Source: Escherichia phage SP27. From it: a stretch of DNA of 64,000 nucleotides. Below the pieces are notes generated by a model, which searched no databases, was not told where the DNA came from, and saw nothing but the letters and a program-made list of their open reading frames with translations. Of this stretch, positions 57,975 through 64,000 are shown piece after piece. The stretch lies in the sequence record LC494302.1; one strand, 5' to 3'. A program made the translations under genes and the position numbers. Positions within the stretch are counted from its first letter, which is position 1. Every line of letters begins with the position of its first letter.

Positions 57975-58045
57975 AAATTCCTCCTTTATTCATTATACTA
58001 TATTTAATACAAATAAGAAAGCCAGTATCAAGTACTGGCATTAAA
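57975..58045 (-). promoter_or_regulatory. array cassette
   Basis: Conserved hairpin/promoter/SD block. Confidence 0.7.
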
Positions 58046-59194
58046 TCATTGTATAAATGACATATCAACTTCTGTATAACTAAGAATGTTTTGTCCAGCA
58101 ATTCCCCCCATTACTACCATAGCATACCCACAATAATATAATTGCTCAGTGTCCGTAAGTATAAGTGAACCAGATGGAGTGCGTACCAAATTACACGAAC
58201 TATTAAACGAAGTATACGAAGGAGTATATGAGTACTGATTAATATTATTACCAACACCTAATTGACCAAATCCATTCGACCCAGATGCGTATAGAACTTC
58301 ATCACCTTTAGCTATATGTGATGCCATGTTACTAACACACGTATATAGAGTATAAACTCCTGAACTCAATAATGTCGGAGTTTTGTATTGTATATCGGTA
58401 GATGAAGAAGTACCACCTGTGCCAAATTCGTTCCCGTATTGTGCACCGAACTGTTTACCACAAGCGTACAAATTATTATCCGATTTAATAAAAAATGTAC
58501 TTTGATAACTTACATCAAAATCTATAACATCCGAAGCAATCATCGTCACCCCAGTAATAGAAGTTTGATTACCTGTACCTAACTGATAGTAATAGTTAAA
58601 ACCACAACCCCATAAAGTATTATCTTCTTTTAGGTATATGTTACCAACTGCCTTTTTAACCGAAGTTATAGTATCTACCCTTTTGAATGTGTTAAAAGAA
58701 TTAATGTTTGTACCATCACCAAATGATGATAGGTTCGAGTTATTGTTAACTCCACAACAATACAACGTACCATCGTTTGTTATCAAATTCACCTTCATAT
58801 CATTAAAACTACTCATGTATTTTATATCAGAAACATTAATACCACCTGATGTTATCCACGTAGTACAGTCCGTCCACAAAGTTTTTGTATCAGTTACACC
58901 AGTGAATGCCTTCGTGTTACCAGTGATAAAAACTTTTCCAGTACCTTTCTCTTCATACAATTGACAACTACTACTGTTATCTTCCAATAGAACTCGTTTA
59001 ACATTCTCCGCACAAAGAATAAATTTACTCGATGCTACACCTGTACCAGTACCCCAATTCGTCGAAGAAGATGCATACAACTTATTAGTATAAGTATCAT
59101 GAAGATACATAGAATCACTTGAATATATTTTAAAACGCCTATCCTTACCAGGGGCAATATTCCCATAATTCATCATTCTTACAAAAGGTAACAT
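58046..59194 (-). CDS. RCC1-like repeat protein with MLPF tag
   Basis: MLPFVRMMNYGNIAP; GFNYYYQLGTGN, GSNGFGQLGVGN. Confidence 0.8.
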   Translation of the reverse strand: MLPFVRMMNYGNIAPGKDRRFKIYSSDSMYLHDTYTNKLYASSSTNWGTGTGVASSKFILCAENVKRVLLEDNSSSCQLYEEKGTGKVFITGNTKAFTGVTDTKTLWTDCTTWITSGGINVSDIKYMSSFNDMKVNLITNDGTLYCCGVNNNSNLSSFGDGTNINSFNTFKRVDTITSVKKAVGNIYLKEDNTLWGCGFNYYYQLGTGNQTSITGVTMIASDVIDFDVSYQSTFFIKSDNNLYACGKQFGAQYGNEFGTGGTSSSTDIQYKTPTLLSSGVYTLYTCVSNMASHIAKGDEVLYASGSNGFGQLGVGNNINQYSYTPSYTSFNSSCNLVRTPSGSLILTDTEQLYYCGYAMVVMGGIAGQNILSYTEVDMSFIQ

Positions 59195-59265
59195 ATTTCC
59201 CTCCTTTATTCATTATACTATATTTAATACAAATAAGAAAGCCAGTACAGTGTACTGGCATTATA
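59195..59265 (-). promoter_or_regulatory. array cassette
   Basis: Conserved hairpin/promoter/SD block. Confidence 0.7.
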
Positions 59266-60405
59266 TTATTTCCACGGTAGAAGTGAATCAGGAACCCTTG
59301 TTGGTACAGTAGTTGAAGACATTCCAGTAAGATTGGGTACACCACATGTGTATAAATTATTATATTCGTCAACTAACATCGTATAAGAATAGCTCTTACA
59401 AAAACTACTAAGATTACTACCTTCTAATGCAGTAAGATCCATTTCAGCGAATGATGTTATATACATATCAGTTGTACCAATACCACATTGACCATTTGAA
59501 TTAAGGCCACATGAAAATAACTTATTATTATTATTAATTATACAGGATGGTCCGGTAAGGTTTGTCCCAAGCTCACCCACCAACTCCACTTCTCCTTGGA
59601 ATGATAAATTTGGAATTAATGTACTCATTGGGGCTACTGACCTATTTCCTGTACCTGCTTGTCCATAGTCGTTAATAGATGCAACTTTAACATTACCATC
59701 ATTAAGAAATATATAAGAAGTTTCATTTGTATTGACTGCTTTAATTGCATTACTAATCGAAGTATCTTGTGTAAATGTGAGCAAGTTTTGTGTCGTCGTT
59801 CCTGATACAAACGTTCTACCTGCATACCAATATGAACCATCATTTAGTACTAATCCAGTACTATATATTGCACAACCAGCACTGATAACATTTTCTATTG
59901 TACTATAGGTGAATCGTGAAACGCTTGAAGTTGATCCATTCCCAAAAACACCACCAGTACCAGCACCACAGTAGAACCACTTTCCATTTTTTAAAAATAC
60001 ACGCATACACGAAGATATCACAACACTATCAATATCATCTGCACTGACACCGAAATCAGTAAAGTTCTGTGTTATATCAACCCAAACGCCGTTAGTGTTT
60101 GAAGATAGTATTGGAATAACAGTACGTCTACCAGTGTACCAAATAGTACCATCTTTCTTTATAGCAATTGTTCCTTGTACCCCACCCCAATATCGTGTAA
60201 CATTTGAGTTGACAAGAGTCCATTCAGTTGAAGAGTCCAATGAACCATTACCACTTTGTCCATATGCTGAAGAACCAAACCAATATAGATTGCCATTTGT
60301 GTGTAAATAAAATTTGGCATCAGCAGAACATTGTAACCTGTTTTTAGGTAGAATCAGTTCAGGTGCGATATTCCCGTACTTAACCATTCTTGCAAAAGGT
60401 AACAT
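59266..60405 (-). CDS. RCC1-like repeat protein with MLPF tag
   Basis: Tracked ORF reads through the cassette; trimmed to MLPFARMVKYGNIAP at 60405; GLNSNGQCGIGT, NDYGQAGTGN. Confidence 0.8.
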   Translation of the reverse strand: MLPFARMVKYGNIAPELILPKNRLQCSADAKFYLHTNGNLYWFGSSAYGQSGNGSLDSSTEWTLVNSNVTRYWGGVQGTIAIKKDGTIWYTGRRTVIPILSSNTNGVWVDITQNFTDFGVSADDIDSVVISSCMRVFLKNGKWFYCGAGTGGVFGNGSTSSVSRFTYSTIENVISAGCAIYSTGLVLNDGSYWYAGRTFVSGTTTQNLLTFTQDTSISNAIKAVNTNETSYIFLNDGNVKVASINDYGQAGTGNRSVAPMSTLIPNLSFQGEVELVGELGTNLTGPSCIINNNNKLFSCGLNSNGQCGIGTTDMYITSFAEMDLTALEGSNLSSFCKSYSYTMLVDEYNNLYTCGVPNLTGMSSTTVPTRVPDSLLPWK

Positions 60406-60475
60406 ATTCCCTCCTTTATTTGTTATACTATATTTAATACAAATAAGAAAGCCAGTACTCTGTACTGGCATTATG
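60406..60475 (-). promoter_or_regulatory. array cassette
   Basis: Conserved hairpin/promoter/SD block. Confidence 0.7.
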
Positions 60476-61585
60476 TTATTTTGGTAAATCAATTTTAGTA
60501 AAGACTGCAACATCCTCGATTGCACCTGGAATGGCGTAATACGATCCAGTACTATACACATCTCCATTTTTGGTTAATATCGATGTCAAACCATCACTAA
60601 AAAGAACATCCCTAATCTCACTAACTTCAACGGGTAATTGTAAATTGGTAGCACTATATATAGCACCAGTTTGAGAATTGTTTAATCCCAAACCACGGTT
60701 CGCCCCAACACCCTTCTGATATGTACTAGTAATTACCATTTGTGTAGCAGTATTTAAGGCAGGTGAATTCGTCATAAACAACGGAGAACTATTAGGCAAA
60801 GTACTTAAAGGAACTGCACGGAATGTAGTCGTACCTGAACTAAGAAAGTTTGGAGTTTGACCACATACGAAATATGATGTACCATTATAGTAATTTAATG
60901 CATTACCACCAATGGCTGCATCGATTACACCAGAACTACGCAATCCCCAAGTGTTAATTTGTGTTTGGTTCCCCGTACCATGCTGCCCACTACTATTCCA
61001 TCCAGAACTATATAGCTTATTATCTAATGTAAGATACATACTATCATTCGCATTGGTCATTACTTTACGAACGTTCGTAGCACATTGAGTTAATGTGTAA
61101 ATTGATGATGAACCAATACCCAAAGAACCACGATATCCATTATCTCCTGCACCATAGAGTACTGAATTAGTGCTAAGTACAAATATTAAACCATTTGTAC
61201 ATACAATATTAGCAATTTCACTTACTGGTATAGCATTGGTAAACCAATTAGTTCTTTCAACTAATACAGTACTGTAAGAAGTAGTTGTAGAAGATGAGAA
61301 CCAGTACGTTTGACCTGATGTCCATATCGTATTATCATTTTTAATAATAACAAGTGTACGATCACCCACGAAAAAATTAGAAACATCTGCACTTACTAAT
61401 GTCCACGAAGACACCGTGTTGGTATTACCATTTCCAGATTCACCACCTTGATTTCTACCTATGTAATATAAATCATGTGAATCAGTCAATAAGAATTGGC
61501 CTTGGGTAGAAGCACCAACTTTAATTATTTTTTTAGGACCAGGGACAATATTTCCATACATAATCATTCTTCCAAAAGGTAACAT
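60476..61585 (-). CDS. RCC1-like repeat protein with MLPF tag
   Basis: Trimmed to MLPFGRMIMYGNIVP; GRNQGGESGNGN, GWNSSGQHGTGN; SD directly after upstream stop. Confidence 0.8.
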   Translation of the reverse strand: MLPFGRMIMYGNIVPGPKKIIKVGASTQGQFLLTDSHDLYYIGRNQGGESGNGNTNTVSSWTLVSADVSNFFVGDRTLVIIKNDNTIWTSGQTYWFSSSTTTSYSTVLVERTNWFTNAIPVSEIANIVCTNGLIFVLSTNSVLYGAGDNGYRGSLGIGSSSIYTLTQCATNVRKVMTNANDSMYLTLDNKLYSSGWNSSGQHGTGNQTQINTWGLRSSGVIDAAIGGNALNYYNGTSYFVCGQTPNFLSSGTTTFRAVPLSTLPNSSPLFMTNSPALNTATQMVITSTYQKGVGANRGLGLNNSQTGAIYSATNLQLPVEVSEIRDVLFSDGLTSILTKNGDVYSTGSYYAIPGAIEDVAVFTKIDLPK

Positions 61586-61593
61586 ATTCCCTC

Positions 61594-62796
61594 CTATTGT
61601 TGCCATAACTGCGATGGCATTAATGTTAGTGTAGTAATACTATAAGTGCCATCTGGCAATCTACCACCATTTCCATTCCAGCCACCACATGCATATAATT
61701 TATAATCTTTAGTAATTATTATGGTTCTGCTCCAATCTTTAGATGCCATAAGAACATTGTCATAACCACTACTTATTGCACTAAGATTAAAAATATTCCA
61801 AGTTCTAACTAATGTATTAGTTCCATTACCTTCTTGACCATATGAGTTAGCACCACTACTTCTAACATATGGTGCGTATTGTGCCATAGGTGCACCAATT
61901 GATGCATTTCCCATATTACTTGGACAAATAAAAGTACTGTACTTACTTACATCAACCGTGACCGATGTGTTCCTAATTGGTGTTAGCTGATTTACCGATG
62001 TAGTCGTACCATTACCAGCTTGTCCAGAACTGTTAGCCCCGCTATAATATACAGACCCACCAGTAGTAAACCACCAAGTAACATCGTATGTAGTACTAAT
62101 ATGTTCTACATTACTAATCACGAATTTGTTCAAATATACAACAGAACTACCACCACATCCACTTTCACCAAAGTTATCCTTACCACAAAACCATGCATCT
62201 TTATTTGATTTGATATAGTGCGTTCCTTGTAATGAACATGCCATATGTGTAACTTCACCCATATTAGTCATAACTGTGAGTGTAGGGATGGAATTTTTAT
62301 TCCCAGAGCCACATTCACCATTAGTATTTCTTCCACACGCAATTACTCTACCATCGGTTAATAATATTCTAGTACTTTCACCTATATATACACTCTTGAT
62401 CATATTAGCCATAACACCTATTTTATTAAATGCAACAGTAACATCAGTCCATGTTGTCAAATAACCATTAACAGGTGTTGCATCTCCATAATCAGAAAAT
62501 GCACCAACCGACCCAGTGTAGTATATTTTATTATCCAAATCAATCATCAATGAACCTTGAACACCAAGCCAAAAGGCTGCACAGTTCCTTGCAAGTACTG
62601 TAAATGACGAAACTGCTGCTGAATTCCCAAGACCAAATTGATAAAAGTTATTACTACCATAACCATATAAAGTATTAGTTGGGTTATGGAGATACATACA
62701 GTTTGTATAATGTTGTTGTAAAACATCTGAGAACTCTACAGGTTCTGGACCTGGTGCAATATTTGCGTACTTAACCATTCTTCCAAAAGGTAACAT
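61594..62796 (-). CDS. RCC1-like repeat protein with MLPF tag
   Basis: MLPFGRMVKYANIAP; GRNTNGECGSGN, GANSSGQAGNGT, GANSYGQEGNGT. Confidence 0.85.
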   Translation of the reverse strand: MLPFGRMVKYANIAPGPEPVEFSDVLQQHYTNCMYLHNPTNTLYGYGSNNFYQFGLGNSAAVSSFTVLARNCAAFWLGVQGSLMIDLDNKIYYTGSVGAFSDYGDATPVNGYLTTWTDVTVAFNKIGVMANMIKSVYIGESTRILLTDGRVIACGRNTNGECGSGNKNSIPTLTVMTNMGEVTHMACSLQGTHYIKSNKDAWFCGKDNFGESGCGGSSVVYLNKFVISNVEHISTTYDVTWWFTTGGSVYYSGANSSGQAGNGTTTSVNQLTPIRNTSVTVDVSKYSTFICPSNMGNASIGAPMAQYAPYVRSSGANSYGQEGNGTNTLVRTWNIFNLSAISSGYDNVLMASKDWSRTIIITKDYKLYACGGWNGNGGRLPDGTYSITTLTLMPSQLWQQ

Positions 62797-62867
62797 ATTT
62801 CCCTCCTTTATTCATTATACTATATTTAATACAAAAAGAAATGCCAGTATCAAGTACTGGCATAATA
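62797..62867 (-). promoter_or_regulatory. array cassette
   Basis: Conserved hairpin/promoter/SD block. Confidence 0.7.
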
Positions 62868-64000
62868 TTATCGGTTAAATTTAAAATCTGTTATGTGTGT
62901 CCATGTATGATTTAATGGGGTACTCATTGGTGTAAAGCCAGCAGGGTCTGACAAAGCTGTACCACGTGCGTACATAAATTGATTGCCAGTACAATCCATT
63001 ATAGCATAAGAACGTGTTGCTGTGCCACATTTGAACCCAACTGCACTACTTGGGGTCGGTAATACTTCAAATGTAGGTGCATTTGAACTACCACCCCCAT
63101 CTTTTGTTCCAGCTATGTACAGAACTCCATTAGTATCAATGATTAAGTTAGTCCAATATGCTTGTTCTCGACCAGCATAAAAATATGTTAAATCACCGGG
63201 TACAAATGGTAACGTTCCTTTATATATTGTGGTATTAACATTCACTGGTGCACCAGCTACACCCCATGAACTCATATAGTTTCTCCCACTTGCGTAGAAT
63301 GTAGTTCCTTTACCGTAAAGTATTAATGTTGCTTGACTTGTTCGCATTGCATTATATTCAAACTCAGGATCATCAGTAGCGTCCTTAAAAATCTGTGTCC
63401 ATGTTGTTATATTGCCAGTAGTTGTAACACCCATTTGATAATAATAATTATCACCAGTAGCATAGAATTCTTTAGGGCCAGTTTGTACAATTGCATTCCC
63501 ATTAGTTAACCAAAAATCTAATGTATTAGTCTTGATCTTGGTTGGTGTGTAATTCGCCACGGTATTTCCTTTTCCGAAATAACCATTAGCGTTATTTCCA
63601 TGACCCCATAAATCACCATTAGTTGTGCGTAGGAATAATGTACCAGTATTGAATCCAACTTTTTCTATAGTACTTATGTCAATACCAACAGTCGTGTACT
63701 TCGTTGTAAAATCTTGAAAAGTACTCCAATAATTAGATGAACCATTAAACATGGTTTGTCTACCAGTGTACTTCACTTTATTATCGTTAGTGATAAGTAA
63801 TGTCCCCCACACTGACGCGAACATTAACTTAACATTTTCCATAACAAAGTATGGCTTACCGTATGCTGACGCGGTAGTGTTTAAACCTAATAGTTGTCCA
63901 TCATTACTACAACCCCATACTTCGCCGTTATCCAAAAGCATCAACATAGTAGGTTTGCCGGATGATACATCCAAAAAGAAATCTTTTGGTGTTGGTACAC
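62868..64000 (-). CDS. RCC1-like repeat protein, 5' end beyond window
   Basis: Frame stays open to nt 64000; WGCSNDGQLLG, GHGNNANGYFGKGN. Confidence 0.7.
   Translation of the reverse strand, partial: VPTPKDFFLDVSSGKPTMLMLLDNGEVWGCSNDGQLLGLNTTASAYGKPYFVMENVKLMFASVWGTLLITNDNKVKYTGRQTMFNGSSNYWSTFQDFTTKYTTVGIDISTIEKVGFNTGTLFLRTTNGDLWGHGNNANGYFGKGNTVANYTPTKIKTNTLDFWLTNGNAIVQTGPKEFYATGDNYYYQMGVTTTGNITTWTQIFKDATDDPEFEYNAMRTSQATLILYGKGTTFYASGRNYMSSWGVAGAPVNVNTTIYKGTLPFVPGDLTYFYAGREQAYWTNLIIDTNGVLYIAGTKDGGGSSNAPTFEVLPTPSSAVGFKCGTATRSYAIMDCTGNQFMYARGTALSDPAGFTPMSTPLNHTWTHITDFKFNR

Noticed and set aside
49778-62867. Regularly spaced near-identical repeats considered as a CRISPR-like array
   Set aside because: The repeat period is ~1.2 kb, the intervening sequence is protein-coding, and the repeats contain promoter, SD and start codon. 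They are regulatory cassettes, not CRISPR repeats.

Overview
AT-rich (roughly one-third GC by eye) 64-kb stretch of a large virulent phage genome. It looks like a hyperplastic accessory region of a T4-type or jumbo myovirus. Nt 1-49373 is an almost unbroken plus-strand train of about 140 short genes with AAGGAG-type SDs and frequent ATGA/TAATG coupling. These are driven by many sigma70-like TTGACA-N16-18-TATAAT promoters, and most products have no family I can recognise. Recognisable items are a clear T4 endonuclease V (denV) homolog, a sigma-70 family factor, an HNH endonuclease, a P-loop AAA-type ATPase, two protein-kinase-like proteins, an HslV-like Ntn-hydrolase candidate, lipoproteins and secreted proteins. 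There are 6 tRNA genes (Gly, Ser x2, Met, Asn, Thr) plus two tRNA-sized non-canonical structured RNAs. Nt 49354-64000 switches to the minus strand and is a tandem array of RCC1-like beta-propeller genes plus one glycine-rich gene. All of these share a near-invariant 15-aa N-terminal tag (MLPF.RM.KYGNI.P). Most are preceded by a near-identical ~70-bp cassette of hairpin terminator, late-type promoter and SD. Other unusual features: a >=16-member protein family with a C-terminal EE..FQ.ST motif, an 11-member small-membrane-protein family in two tandem arrays, and fused terminator/promoter cassettes with the -35 TTGAC inside a UUCG hairpin. AGTACT/CAGTACTG is strongly over-represented, including as a dyad in promoter spacers. 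Two GC-elevated ORF-free regions look like structured RNAs. All calls rest on reading the sequence and ORF translations by eye; no database search was possible.
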